A DNA stretch of 64,000 nt, taken from the human T2T-CHM13v2.0 reference genome, Homo sapiens. The first letter of the stretch is position 1. The number at the start of each line of letters is the position of its first letter. The notes beneath the pieces were generated by a model that was given only the letters and a program-made list of their open reading frames with translations, was not told the origin of the DNA and made no database searches. This document shows, piece by piece, positions 39,820-54,148 of this stretch. Where the stretch lies: NCBI RefSeq assembly GCF_009914755.1, contig NC_060947.1; one strand, written 5' to 3'. The translations under genes were made by a program, and so were the position numbers.

Positions 39820-40123
39820 TCTTTTTTTTTTTTTTTTTTGAAATGGAGTCTCCCTTTGTTGCCCAGGCCGGAGTGCAGTGGCATGTTCTTGGCTCACTGA
39901 GACCTCCGCCTCCTGGGTTCAAGAAATTCTTCTGCCTCAGCCTTCCCGAGTAGCTGGGACTAAGGTGCATGCAACCATGCCAAGCTAATTTTTTTGTGTG
40001 TATTTTTTAGACGAAGTTTCACCACTTTGGCCAGGCTGGTCTCAAACACTTGACCTCAGGTAATCTGCCCGCCTCAGCCTCCGAAAGTGCTGAGATTACA
40101 GGCGTGAGCCAACGTGCTCGGCC
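39820..40123 (-). mobile_element. Alu (duplicate of 16340-16650)
   Basis: Poly-T plus Alu body ending ...gtgctcggcc. Confidence 0.92.
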
Positions 40124-41533
40124 ACTTTTTGTTTCCTTTCAATGGAACTTCAAAAATAATATGCTTTTCACCCTTTGTATATACAGTAGCCCTTCAACTA
40201 TACAGAGGATTAGTGAATGAAGTTTCTAATCCACATATTTAGGGTTAACTGGGGCAAAGCTCTGAGGAAGTGAAATTGCTGTAGGATGAGGTTGCCCCAG
40301 CAGGGTGCACTCCCTTCCACTTCTTATGAGATGAACACAAGTGCTAACTCATCTGAGTCCTCAGTTGTGGATGTTTAGACCGATAGGCCTTAACCAAGCC
40401 CAAGACTTCACTCTTCTGGCCAGGCCAGCAGCTCTAGAAAGAATCTCATGAAGCACTTAACCCAGGTTGTCCTGGGTGACTATTACAATGAAGTGGTGAC
40501 TAAAAGTCAGTTTTGTGAGGAGTTCCACAGGCAACAGAGAGCCTTTTTTCTAGCCCTCCCATCCCTGTAGAGCAGGGCACCCAAGTTTAGGAAGGCAGGC
40601 ATGGAGCCTGCCAAAAAATGATTCCAAGAAGGACTCCTGCAAGCCAGGGTCCATGAGAAGAGGGAGTTAGAGAACAGATGGAAGGTTGTCCACAGTAGGA
40701 GAGCATATACGGTAGGATTGTGCAAAGAAGTAAATACACAGAGGATAATGGAAGGTCGGTTTCTCCAAAGCTGAGAAGGAAAGAACACATGTGGAAAGGT
40801 GGAAAGAGGAAAATATAGAATAAACTCCATATTCCTGGGCTGGTAATGGAGGTGTACGTGCAACCTCAGGTTTGCCAATAGATATAAGAGCTTCAATTTG
40901 AAACACTGTATTCTCCAACACCAAGAGAACAGGGATCCTTGTAAATAGGGCTGATTAGGTAGAATATGAAATTTTGACAAAACAGAGAACTACACACTAA
41001 GCATAACAAAGAGGAGTTGTTTACATTCATAGAACATATCCCCTTGGTAGATGTATAATTAAACTTTTATGCATCTCACAAGAGGAGTGAAATGACGAAC
41101 CAGAACCTCTAAAAGCTACAGGTGGTTAGAGGATGAAACCACAATCATGATGAGAGACTTCAAGGTGCCTTTTTGATTAACAGTATGCATAATCATGATG
41201 AGACGAACACTAGGTACAATCTACTGGTCCCTGATTAGGCTCCAGTTACCTAAATAGAACTTTATGTTTTGAGAATCATTGCAGGCATCAGGCCAGAATT
41301 GGCAGAAGGGTCATAGTTTGCCAGATCCGGCTAAAGATCATTATCTTATTTCATTTTCTTCATTGCATGTATCCCTAAATGAGCTGAGAAGCATCTGATA
41401 TCAGCACATCTGCAACGCCTTCACGGCGTGGGGCCAGTTGGAAGCTCCATGGCAGAACACTGGAGCCCCAGAAACTCGTGGGGACAGGTCCCTGTATATT
41501 CAAGCCAATTCTCTCCCACATGGGAAAAGCACA

Positions 41534-41678
41534 TTTCTGTGGTGATTATGGCATGATTGATGAGTCGATCTACTTCAGTAGTGATGTTGTGACTGGCAAC
41601 GTGCCTCTAAAAGTTGGACAAAAAGTTAATGTGGTTGTGGAGGAAGATAAAATACTTTATGGATTGAGAGCTATCAAG
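41534..41678 (+). pseudogene. Copy C partial exon 2 ([11 protein letters not shown]...[13 protein letters not shown])
   Basis: ORF track 41478-41693; donor AAG|GTGAAA. Confidence 0.88.
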
Positions 41679-42801
41679 GTGAAATGTGCATGAGTTTGGG
41701 AGTTGTGTCTTATCCCATTGGGCTTTCTTTCTGCATCTTTCTTTTCTTGTATTAATCCAACATCTCTACTGTGATCCGTAGAGTGGATGTAGACTGCAAT
41801 TTGAAGCCCCACCCCTCTGAAGCTGTAGGTTCTTGTGTTCTAATATTTGTAGTGATATCTGCTTTAAAACATAAAAATTACTCATCTATTCTTCTAATCT
41901 TTAAACAGTATGGGTAACAATATTAATTATTGGACTCTAGACAATCCTGCAACTTCCTTTATCAGGTAAAAAAAACGTTTTCTATTGTGTGCATTCATAG
42001 CAGTAGAATTGCTATGTGAAACCATGTGCCTTGTAAACATATTAAAAAGAGCTTCATGGAGGTATAGTTCACAAACCACAGAACTCTCTTAAGGGTACAA
42101 TTCAATAACATTTGGCAGATTTACGGAGTCCTGAGAACATCACCTGAGTCCAGATGTTTACCCATTCAGTGGCTACTATGAAATTATTCTTTAGCTGTAC
42201 TGTACTAATTGATTCTCTCGGCAATAGGAGGTGAGACTGCCTCTCTGCCCCTATAGGCAAGGACGACAATATTCTCGATCTGAAATCTTTGCAAATATGA
42301 GAAGGGGAAAGCAGTCTCATCGTTCACTTGGAATTATTAAGGATCTTAATGAGATTACAGCAGGTTTCCTTTCTTAGACCTACTTATACATTAGGAAAAT
42401 TTACCGCTATCTCTATGGTAGGAAAATTAGATTTGTAATAGGAAAGTTTGTATGTGACGTCCTTGTAGTATTTCCTCTGATACCATCTTTTTTCTTTGCT
42501 TTATGTCTTTCATTCTTTTACAGCCTTATTGAGATATAAGTCACGTGATTCACCATGCAATTCTCCCATCTACAGGGTACAATCCAGTGGTTTTTAGATT
42601 TTTCACAGGGTTAGGCAACAATCACCACAAACAACTTTAGAACATTTTCATCACTGTAAAAGGAAGCTCCATAACCATTCATAGTCTTCCCCTTTCTCCC
42701 CGATCCCCCACTGTCCCCTCCCCCTACAACATCCAGCCCCAGGAAATCACTTATCCATTTTCTGTTTGTATATATTTGCCCATTCTGGACAGATAAAAAA
42801 G

Positions 42802-45800
42802 GTTCCTTCTATATAACTGTAATGATATGTCCTTTCACCAACATCTCCTCATTCCTCCATCCACCCTAACAACCCAAGCATCTGGCAGCCACCATTCTAC
42901 TCTACACTGCTATGAGGTCAAATTTTTAAATTCTGCATGTGAATGAGACCATGCAGTTATTTGTGTTTATGTGACTGGCTTATTTCACTTACATATCGTT
43001 CTTCAGGTTCATCCATGTTATCCCAAATGGCAAGATTTTGTTCTGTTTTATGGCTGAATAGTATTCCATTGTGTATTTACACCACATTTCCTTTATCCAC
43101 TCATCCATAGATGGACACTTAGATTGCTTTTGTTTCTTGGCTGTTGTGAATAGGGTTGCAATAAACATGGAAGTGCTGACATCTCTTTGACACACTGATG
43201 ACACTCTCTTTGGATACATGCTCAGTAGAGGGATTCATGGATTCATGTGATAGTTCCATTGTTAAAATTTTGGCGACCCTCCATACTGTGTTCCATAATG
43301 GCTGTAACAATTTACATCCCACCAACCATGCATAAAGGTTCCAATTTCTCCACATCCTTGTCAACACTTGTTATCTCTTGTCTTTTTAATGTTAGCCACT
43401 CTTACATGTGTTAGGCAGTATCTCTGTGGTTTTGATTTGCATTGCCCTGATGATTAGAGAAGGTGAGGATTTTTTTATGCTCATTGTCCATTTGTATGTC
43501 TCATTTTGAGAAATGTCTATTCAGGTCTTTTGCTCATTTTTAATAGGATTATTTTTTTTCTTGCTATTGAGTTGGAGTTACTCATACATTTTATAAACTG
43601 ACCCCTTACTAGATGTATAGATTGTCAATGTTTTTCCTATCCTGTAGATTGTCTCTCCACTCTTTGATCATTTCCTTTGTGGTGCAGAACCTTTTTAGTT
43701 CAATGTAATCCCATTTGTGTGTTTTTCCTTTTGTTGTCTTTACTTTGGAGGTCCTATTTTTAAAATTGTTGCCCAGAACAATGTCATGGAGCTTTTCTCC
43801 CTATGTATCCTTCTAGTAGTTTCATAGCTTTGGGTCTTCCTTTTAAAGCTTTAAATCATTTTGAGTTGATTTACATACATGCTGAGAGATAAGGGTGGAA
43901 ATTCATTTTTCTCAGATGAATATCCAGTTATTTTCAACATCATTTATTGAAGAGGCTGTACTTTCTCAAGATTGTGTGTTCCTGGGCCTTTTGTCGAAAA
44001 TCAGTTGACTGTAAAAGCACGGATTTCATTCCAGTCTGTGTATTCTGCTCCATTGGTTGAAGTATATGCTTTTATACTGGTACCAAGCTGTTATGCTTAC
44101 TGTAGCTTTGTCATATGTTTTGACATCAAGTAGTATGGTGCCTCCAGCTTTGTTCTTTGTATTCCAGACTGCTTCAGGTATCTGGAATCTTTCACGGTTC
44201 CATACAAATTTTAGTAGTGCTTCATCTATTTCCAAGAAGAATGTCATTGGTATTTTTTTAGCAGTTGTATTGGATCTGTAGATTGCTTTAGGTTATGGAC
44301 ACTTTAACAATATTTATTCTTTCTGTCCATGAACACATGATATATTTCCATTCATTCCTGCCTCATTCAATTTCCTTTGTCAATGGTTTATTGTTTTCAG
44401 TGTTGCAATCCTTCACCTTCTTGGTTAAATTTATTCCTATTCTATTTTTTGAATTTTCTGTAAATGGGATTGTTTCTTGATATCTTTCTCGGATAGTTCA
44501 TTATTGGTGTATAGAAACGCTACTGATTCTTGCATGTTGGTTGTGTGTCATGCCACTTTCCTGAATTTGTTTATTAGACCTAGTAGCTGTTTGGTGGTGT
44601 CTTCAGGGTTATTTATATGTAAGAACTTCCAGTCTGCAAACAGGGCCAATCTAAATTCTTCCTTTTGAATTTAGATGCCTTTTGTTTCTTCTTGTCTAAT
44701 TTCTCTGGCCAGCACTTCCAGAACTATGTGCGATAGAATGGGCAAAAGTGGGCTTTCTGTCTTGTTCTAGGTCTTACAGGAAAAGCCTGCAACATTTCCC
44801 CATTCAGTATGACATTACCTGTGGGTTTATCATATACAACCTTTATTGTGTTGAGGTGCACTCATCCTATACCTAATTTGTGGAGCTTTTATCAAGTAGG
44901 GATGTGGAATTTGGTTAAATGCTTTTACTGCTTAAATTGGAATGATCCTATGGCTTTTGTGCTTCATTCTGTTCATGCGATATGTCACATTTATTGATTT
45001 GTGTATGTTGAAACTTCCTTACATCCCAGGGATGAATCCCTCTAGATCACGGTGAATGATGTTTTTAATGTGCTGTTGAATTTGGTTTACTAATACTTTC
45101 TTAAAGATTTTCGCAACTATGTTCATCAGGAATTTTGGCACTTCTTTTTTTTCAGTTTTCTCTTCTTTGTGTTTCTTTGTCTGGGTTTTCTAGCAGGGTA
45201 ATATGATGTGATAGAATGCATTTGGATGTGTTCCTTTCTTGTCTGTTTTTTTGAAAGAGTTTTAAAAGTATAGCTATTAATTCTTCTTCTTTATATAGAA
45301 ATTTTGGTAGTATTAGGAAGGGAAGCCATTCTCTCTTAGACTTTTCATTGATGGGGGATTTTTTTTTATTACTGAATCACCTTCCTTACTTGTTAATTGT
45401 CTGAACAGATTTTCCATTTCTTCACTATTACATCTCGGTAGGCTGTATGTGTCCAGGAATGTATCCATTTCTTCTAGCTTGTCCTATTTGTAGGCAGATG
45501 ATTGTTACAATAGTCCTTATGATCCGTTTTATTTTGGTGATGTCAGTTGTACTATCTCCTTTTTCATCTTTGATTTTATTTACTTGAATATTCTCCCTTT
45601 TTTCTTTTAGTCTAGCTAAAATTTTGTTGATTTGGTTTACCTCTTCAAGAAAACAACTGATTGTTTCATTGATATTTGTATTGTTCTTCTCATGTCTATT
45701 TGATTGATTTCTGCTCTTACGTTTATGATTTCTGTCCTCCTACTTTGGATTGCATTTTTTTCTTTTTTTTTCTAGTTATTCAAGGTGGAGTGTGAGGTTG

Positions 45801-48800
45801 TTTATTTAAGATGTATCTTTTCTTTTGAGGTAGGCTTTATTGATGTAAACTTCACTTTTAGAATTGCTTTTGCTGTATTTCATGGGTTTTTGTATGTTGT
45901 GCCTTCAGTTTCCTTCATCTCAAGAAATGTTAACACTTCGCTTTTAATTTCCTCATTGACCCATTAGTTATTTAAGAGCATGTTGTTTAATTTCCATCCA
46001 CTTCTAAAGTTTCCAAAGTTCCTAATTTTATTCACTTCTAGTATTTTACTATTGTGGTTAGAGAAGTGATTTGATATTGTTTCAAACTCCTTTAATTTCC
46101 TAAGACCTTTTTTATGACCTGTGGGCAGCAAGCCACCCAGGTGCCGAGGCAAGAGACCGAGCACGAGCTGTTCCAGTATAATAAAATATAAAACAAGAAT
46201 AGTTATGCCAGATATAGATCTTAGATATGATTATATATGAATATCATTAATCATTAGTTTGTAGCAATTACTCTTTATTCCAATATTATAATAATCCTCG
46301 CTCTATAACCATAACCTAGGAAAAACCAGGCCATACACAGATAGGAGCTGAGAGGACACAGTGAGAAGTGACCAGAAGACAAGAGTGTGAGCCTTCTGTT
46401 ATGCCCAGACAGGGCCACCAGAGGGCTCCTTGGTCTAGTGGTAACGCCAGCGTCTGGGAAGACGCCCGTTGCCAGGCGGACCGTGGTCTAGTGGTAGCCT
46501 CAGTGTCAAGGAAAAACACCGGCTACTTAGCGGACCGGGAAAGGGAGTCTCCCTTTCCCCCGGGGAGTTTAGAGAAGACTGTACTCCTCCACCTGTTGTG
46601 GAGGGCCTGACAGTAGTTGGGCTCAACTGCAGTTATCCGGAGGCCTAACCGTCTCCCTGCGATGCTGTGCTTCAGTGGTCACACTCCTAGTCCGCCTTCA
46701 TGTTCCATCCTGTACACCTGGCTCTGCCTTCTAGATAGCAGTAGCAAAATTAGTGAAAGTACTAAAAGTCTCTAATAAGCAGAAATAATGGTGTAAGTTG
46801 TTTCTCTCTTTGTCTCCTCTCTCTCTCTCTGCCTCGGCCGCCAGGCAGGGAAGGGCCCCCTGTCCAGTGGACACGTGACCCACGTGGCCTTACCTATGAT
46901 TGGAGATGGCTCACTCTCCTTATCTTGCCCCTTTGTCTTGTATCCAATAAATATCAGTGCAGCCTGGCATTTGGGGCCACTACCGGTCTCCGCAACTTGG
47001 TGGTAGTGGTCTCCCGGGCCCAGCTGCCTTTTCTTTTATCTCTTTGTCTTGTGTCTTTATTTCTACACTCTCTCGTCTCCACACACGGGGAGAGACCCAC
47101 CGACCCTGTGGAGCTGGACCCTACAATGACCTTCCACATAATCTATCCTCCAGTATGTTCCACATGCAGTTGGAAAGAATACGTGTTTTGCAGTATTTGG
47201 ACGGAATGTTCTGTAATGACTGTTAGGTCCATTTGGTCTGGAGTGCAGATAAACCCGACTTTTTGGGGGGTCAATGTTCTTTCAGGACAATCTGTTCATT
47301 GCTGCAAGTTGGGTATTGAAGTCCCCTAATATTATTGCATTGCACTCTATCTCACCATTTAGACCTTGATATTGGCTTCATATATTTAGGTGCTGCTATG
47401 TTGGGTGCATATTTTTGGAAATCATTATATCCTTTTCATGAATTGACCCCTTCACCATTATATAATGACCTTCTTGGTCTCTTTTTACAGTTTGTGATTT
47501 AAACCCTATTTTATTTGAAGTCAGTTTAGCTGCTCCTGTTCTCTTTTGGTTTCCCTTTACATGGAAGAATATCTTTTTTCATGTCTTCACTTTCAGTTTA
47601 CGAATGTCCTTAAAGGAGAAGTGGGTCTCTCATAGGTTTGGTTGCTGTTGTTGTTTAAATCCATTCAGCTACTCTGTGTATTTTAGTTGAAGAATGTCAT
47701 CCATTTCTATCAAGTTAATTATTGATAGGTAAGGATATACTGTTGTCATTTAGATAACATTTTTCTATCTATTTGGTAGGTAATTTCTTCCTTTCTTCCT
47801 CTTTTACTGTTTTCCTTGATGGATAAGAGATTTTTCTCTATTAGTATGTTTTGTTTTCTTTATTTGTTTTAATGTGTCTATTACAGGATTTTTTCTTTGT
47901 GGTAAGCATGAGGCTTACAAAAACATAATCACGGCAGTTTATTTTACTGATAACATAACTTTGATCACAAAATACAAACACTGTACCATTTAACTCCACC
48001 CCCAGATTTTGAGTTCTCTATTTTACACTTTACAACTTATTACATTTTATATCCTTCAACAAATTATTGCAATTATTTTATTTTTACTAGTTCAGTTCTC
48101 TATCTGTTACATGAAAGATATAAGTGATCTGGAAACCACCATTACCTTATTAGAGTATTCTGAATTTGTGTAGTTACGTTTACTGGTGAGTTTTATACCT
48201 TCAGATGTTTTTGCGTTACTCATTAGCGTCCCTTATGTCAGTTGGAAGAACTCTCCCTAGCATTTCTTGTAAGACAGTTGTGGTGATGAGGAAGTTTCTC
48301 AGCTGTGATTTCTCTGTAAAAGTCTTTATCTCCCCTTCACTTCTGGGTACATTATTCTTGGTTAGAGATTTTTTTTCCTTGAGTTCCTTACATATACTAT
48401 ACTACTCTTTCCTGGCCTATTCCGCTTCTGCTGAGAAGTCTTCTGGTAGGCATATTAGAAGTGCCTTGTATACGATTCGCTTCTTTCCTCTTGCTGCTTT
48501 CAGGATCCTCTCATTCTCTTTCAACTTTGACAGTTTGATGTTAATATGTCGTGGGGTAATCTTATTTGGATTGCATCTGAATGCAGAACTTTGGTCGTCC
48601 AGTACCCAGATGTTTGTAACTTTCTGTGGGTTTAGTTGGCTCTCCATTATTATTTTTTAAATAATCTTTCTACCACTTTTTCAATCTCTCCTCCCTCTTG
48701 AATGTGAGAGATTCATACTATTGCTCTGCTGATAATTGTCCCAGAAATTCAGTAAGTTTTTATTTTCATTTCGTGTCCTTCCTTTTTCTTTTGTCTCCTC

Positions 48801-49945
48801 TGACTGTATATTTTCAATGAAGCTGTCTCCAAGTTTACAGATTCTTTCTTTTGCTCAATCAATTGTCCTCTGGATGTTCTCTATTGTATATTTCCTTCAT
48901 TGTGTTTTTTGATTTCAGGATTTGTTTGGATTTTTAAATTCCTTCAATCTTTCTCTCAAATTCCTCTGTTAAATTCTGAATCATTTCTCTGTAATTGTTT
49001 TCAAGGTTCACAGAGCATGCTGAAAATAGATATTTTGAATTATTTATTAAACAACTCATACATTCCTATCTCTCTAGGGTCAATTACTGGCACCTTGTTT
49101 TGTCAGTTTGGTGATGTCATGTTTTCCTTATTGTTCTTCATCTTTGTGATCATGTGTTTATATCTGGGTATTGATGAAGTAGGTATTCATTTTAGTCTTT
49201 ACAGTCTAGCTTTTGGGGGACATCCTTTGGCACTAAGCCTGTCCAGAAACTCTATATAGGTCTCTTTTGGTCCTTATGCTTGTGAACGCTACAGCTATTG
49301 AAGCACTAGGGAGCTTCCTAATCACAGGGACACAGCAACAGATGCCGCAATGGCATGCAATCCCTTAGCTATTGAGGCTGGTGCCTTGCGAGACTGGAAT
49401 CCAAGGCTCCACTCATTCACTGAGGACTCACTGTTGCTGTAGATTATTCTGAGCATAAGTCCACTGGAATAACTCAGCAGAGACTTGGGCCAGATATTGG
49501 GTTTGTTTTGCTATGGCTGCAGCTTCCTGTCGGGTGCCAGGATGAGTCTAGAGACTCTGTCCACAAGTACCATTTTGGAGTCAGGGGCCATGGGCGTCTG
49601 TCAAGTGATGGCGTATATGTGTGACAGGCCTGATATTAGGTTCCCAGGCAATGTCCTATGCTTGCTACTCTCTCTCTCCTCCGGGTGGATGGTATCTCTC
49701 TCCATGCTGTGCTGTTGAAGGTTGGGGAAGGGGTGGTATGGGTAATGTAAAACTGTCTTTACTACCCTCTTCAATGCATCTTTTCTTATTTTCATGCTAT
49801 AACTGGGTACCGTGGTCTCTCACCTGGTTTCCTTCTCTGAAGTGATGGTATTTTCATACAAGGATAGTTTTTCACATTGATGTTTCTACAGGAGGACAAT
49901 CACTGGAGAGTCCCATTTCTCCATCTTGCTCCCCTCCTCCTCCAT
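42802..49945 (-). mobile_element. Duplicate of the old intron-2 LINE-1 in copy C, interrupted by LTR13
   Basis: Reverse complement of 25425-31578; ORF1 remnant at 48417-48647 (TPRHINIKLSKLKENERILKAARGK). Confidence 0.88.
46120..47125 (+). mobile_element. Solo LTR, LTR13-like (HERV-K superfamily), 1006 bp, specific to copy C
   Basis: TG...CA termini (tgtgggcagcaagccacccagg...ctggaccctaca); 6-bp TSD ATGACC at 46114-46119 and 47126-47131; AATAAA at 46946; single empty site in copy A at ~4977-4982. Confidence 0.88.
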
Positions 49946-51780
49946 CTGTTTAATTTTTACCTACTATAAATATGTCCATCTTGTCCATGTGACTTCTGGG
50001 CTCAGGAAGTTTCCTTAGGCTAATTCTAACACACAATTTACACTAGTATTCACTTAGCTTTTCTTCTGAAAGTCATTCATTTATTTACATCTAAAGATAC
50101 AGTCAGCCTGGGTTTGCTTTCCGTGTGTAGGACTGAGAGAAGGATGGGTGTCTTGTTTCACTACTGGCTATTTAGTTGCCCTGAACATTAATTGGATAAT
50201 CCACTTAGCCCCCATTTTGTTGAAATGCCACTTCTGTCGTACAACACATTATTGCAAACATTTGAATATGTCTGTACCTGCTATTGTGTTGGTGGTATTT
50301 GCAAGGCATAAGAGACAGAGTTGGGAGCCACGAAACATGGGCAAAGCTTTAGTCTGCATATGTCTGTGAGTTGGCGTGGAGTCAAGGAACAGAGAGGTCC
50401 GAGGGTGCTGTGGATCATCCACTGCGATACTGACGGAAGTGGTGATAGATATGTGGATGGGAGGCTAATGCTTCATTCCTTCATGACAGTAAGTGAGGGG
50501 AAAATAAACATCAGGTTGGTATTGACAGTTGGAAAGACACCAGTTGAGAAATGGGAATAGCAGCAAAGTAGGCTATTTTTAAAACCATGAAAAATGCTTT
50601 ATAACTCAGTGGCTCAAGTTTCCATTAGAAGTCTCTGATCAGCAAATTCCAACCCTAGGAGTTTATCCTATAGTTAAGTCAGGCAAGTAGTCCAAATGCT
50701 ATGACACAAGTGAAATGTCCAATTATGTGAAATTGGGTTAGTAAATTACGGCACATCCATTAATTGGGATTCCCTATGACTCTTTCCGTCCTCTCTTGTT
50801 ATTTAAAAACTTTTGTGCTCATTTAATGTGATATTTTAATACTAAATACAATGCTAATTTACTCTTAGAACAGGCATACATATATGGCACAGACAAAAAC
50901 ATAAGAATCAGTGTTACTGCCAAAATGTAGTCCCTGGTGATCTCTTAGTAATGGAATATGGATTATGGGGTAACCGCCTTTTGCTGTCTGCTTATCTGTT
51001 TTTTTCCTTACTTTTAGTACAATGAACTTGCATTATTTTTGTAAGTTTTAAGGATTATAAAAGAAGGACTATTACACTTCCAATAAGGAAAAAGGTTTGT
51101 ATGCCTCTCTATTGTAGATAAAGTAAAGCCCTAATTTGACTTGGTTATTGAAACTCCCCCAGTTGAGGTTATTGTTTCAACTTTATCTCATGCTTCTCTC
51201 TCCTAGGCCTGGATCTCGGATGTTAGGGTTTTGCTCCCTAGGCTCCTAAATTCTGTTGTATTTCCTCTCTGTCTCCCTGCTCCTCTACCCCTGTTTACAA
51301 TGTTACACCTCTATCTTCTTTCACAACCCAGCACTAGTCTGACTTCCCCCAAGCAATGCTCCTATTTTCTCCGTGTCTGAAATGTTCTCCATCTAGATGA
51401 TTCACAGAAACCATCTTTGAACTAGTTTTTTATCTTTCATCACAATCTGCTTATGACTACATATCTTTCCACTTTACTATCATTTCACTGTGAATTTCTG
51501 CAGGCGAAGGAAGGTTTTTTTTAATCTTGGAATCTAATGGTACAAGGACATTAAACTTGGGTATGCAATTAATGTTTTGGGATACATTTCACAATTCTTG
51601 AAGCACGCACATGACTTTTACTGTCATCTCAAGTCAATGGTCCATTTATCAAGTGAACTACATTCTCCAGTGTTTAGGATGGCTGTTGAAAATATTTTCA
51701 AATACAAGTGTTTTAATCATGTAAGTTCTCGTGTTTAAATTTGTATTGTTTTTGAAGTAACTCTTTCCTAAGTCTTACAG

Positions 51781-51925
51781 GTGGATGTTGTGCCTCGCCA
51801 TCTTTATGGTGCTGGACCCTCAGACTCAGGAACCAGAGTTTTAATTGGATGTGTTACTTCTATATGTGAAGACATTATTTATATTAGTAACTGCATTTAT
51901 TTCTTCATAGACATTGTTTCTGAAG
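51781..51925 (+). pseudogene. Copy C exon 3 (VDVVPRHLYGAGPSDSGTRVLIGCVTSICEDIIYISNCIYFFIDIVSE)
   Basis: TTACAG acceptor, GAAG|GTACG donor; 145 nt; open. Confidence 0.9.
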
Positions 51926-52243
51926 GTACGATTTACATTTTGAGATATATGATGTAATTCTTAATTTTTTGAGAGGATTTTAATCCTAGAACAACTCTTA
52001 CAGTGTACTTGGCTTCAGTCAATGGCTCTTCAATGTTAGAGGTAGACCTTTCCAGTTGAAAATATGTACAATATAGGGGCAAATAGGCAGTATTATAAAA
52101 TGTCTGCTGTCGTCTATTGTGTGTTCATTTGTTCAATGCCCTCAGTAATGCCTGGATATATTTTTCATTCACATAAGAATTTAATTTCTAATCATGGAAA
52201 CAATCCTACAAGTACACAGAGACACTATTTTTAATACCCTTCA

Positions 52244-52295
52244 AAGACTATACTTGCAGGGATCATTTCTGTAGTTGGTTACTAGAGAAGTTTCT
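52244..52295 (+). pseudogene. U3 snoRNA 5' fragment in intron 3 of copy C
   Basis: aagactatacttgcagggatcatttctgtagttggttactagagaagtttct, same as the copy B fragment. Confidence 0.85.
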
Positions 52296-54035
52296 TGTCT
52301 GTAGTTGGTTATTAGAGATATGTACCTAATTTTAAAAGATCTGTACCTAATTTTAAAATACACTTCAAATGCTTCACATGTGAGATTGGAGATAGCGCCT
52401 TTTGGCTCTGTGTGTGTGTGTGTGTGTGTGTGTGTTGTTGAATTCTCTTTGTAATCAGCAGATGTGATCTAATATTTAGCTTATACCCAAAGATACACTT
52501 TTTTGTGTTATTTTTGTCTATTGCAGCTGCCATATAGCTTGGGTAAAAAAGGGGAGATTAGCTCCGCTTCCCCAGGCAGCTTACTAGTTTGTTTTCTTGG
52601 GTGCAAAAGCAGGATTCTGACCTGAATTTTGTTTAAAGATGTTGACTCTGCTTTGTCGAGAAGGGACTATGAGGGGAAGGGTGGAGTCAGGAAAACGTTG
52701 TAATATTCCTGGTGAGAGATGATGGAGATGTGAATGAAAATGGAGAAGTGGAGAACCTGAGGATTGAGTTGACTCTGGATATATTTTGAAGTTAGAGAAG
52801 AACCCAGGAGGTAATGGATTAGATCTTTGATGTGGAGAAAAGATGAGTCCAAGGTACCTCCAAAGTTTTTGGTTTGAGCAGTGGTGAGGGTGGAGTTGCC
52901 AGTTGTGATATAGACGACTGAGGCAAACAAAAGTTGGTGAATACGGAGAATACCAACAACTCAGCTTTACACACGTTAGATTGGTGTAAGCATATGGATA
53001 ATTGACCCTGAGGTTGGTTAGAGCTGGAGGCATATACATTTTGGAGTTATTGGCCCATAGATATACAGTAAACCCACACAAAAGAAATGTATGTAAATTA
53101 ACAGAGACAGAGACAGAGAGAGAGAGAAAGAGAGAAGAGTTCTAACCCTGTGTCTTGTATCAGTCTACAATGCTGGGTCCTAAGGTGAATAAATGTTTCA
53201 CTTTGTTGATATTGCTAGTTTTCTGGAGTCATTGTGGCAACTTAGTGTCTCAGTTGCAGTTGGGATTTCCATTTGCTCCACATTCTTTCATGTACCTTTG
53301 TTATCCTGTGACTCACTTTTAACTTACTGTAAACTTCTGTTTGAAACTCAGTGGTCTTAACTGTAACCTGTAAGGCACATACTTAAGAGTTCATCAGCGG
53401 AACACAACACCAGGGGAAATTGATTCATTCTGAAAGTAACAACATTTCCTAGTGGTACTGCTACCACTACTACCAATCAACAGATATTTTGTGGTTGCTA
53501 TGCGCCAGCGATGATTCTGTGCGTATCGCACATATCAACTAATTCTCACAGCAGCTGTGTATCATGAAGGCGACTTATCGTGCTTCTCATTTTATAGATG
53601 AAGAAAACGAGGCACAGAGAAGTTAAGCACCTTGGCTAAGGTTGCAAACTGAGTGAGTGGCAGTGTCAAGATTCGAACGCACATGGCCAGGTTCAAACTT
53701 GTGCTCTTACCTACACGTTTGACTGCCTCTCACTAAGGAGTTGGAACACAAACAGTTGTTTAGTAAAACATGTGCTGCTCCATCAGATTGGCTGTGATGC
53801 ACTGTTCACACTTTGCTCCATTTAAATTTGTTAAATCAGTAGAGGAGAATCAATGCCTAAGGATTAAAACTTTTTGAACTTAGAGATTTACAGTGTGTCT
53901 GTTTAAATATGCACAAAATGGACTTTAGATTTAGCAGAACTGACTTTAAAGTAGTACACTATCAAATAACATGTGAAATTAAACCTGACCTAGTTAAGAG
54001 ATCATGACACTCACATTTCTCCATGGCTGTTTTAG

Positions 54036-54148
54036 ATTTTGTGCCTTATAAAGGTAACTGGTTAAAAGTTGAATATTCCACTGAACCAGGCTTCTCAAAC
54101 TTCAAGGCAAGCTCTGTGAAGTCCACCCATTGCATTCATGCGGAAGCG
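54036..54148 (+). pseudogene. Copy C exon 4 (DFVPYKGNWLKVEYSTEPGFSNFKASSVKSTHCIHAEA)
   Basis: 113 nt; TTTTAG acceptor and GTAATT donor; open. Confidence 0.9.

Noticed and set aside
52244-52295. Functional intronic U3 snoRNA
   Set aside because: Only ~52 nt of the 5' end; boxes B/C/D and snRNA-type promoter elements are not seen
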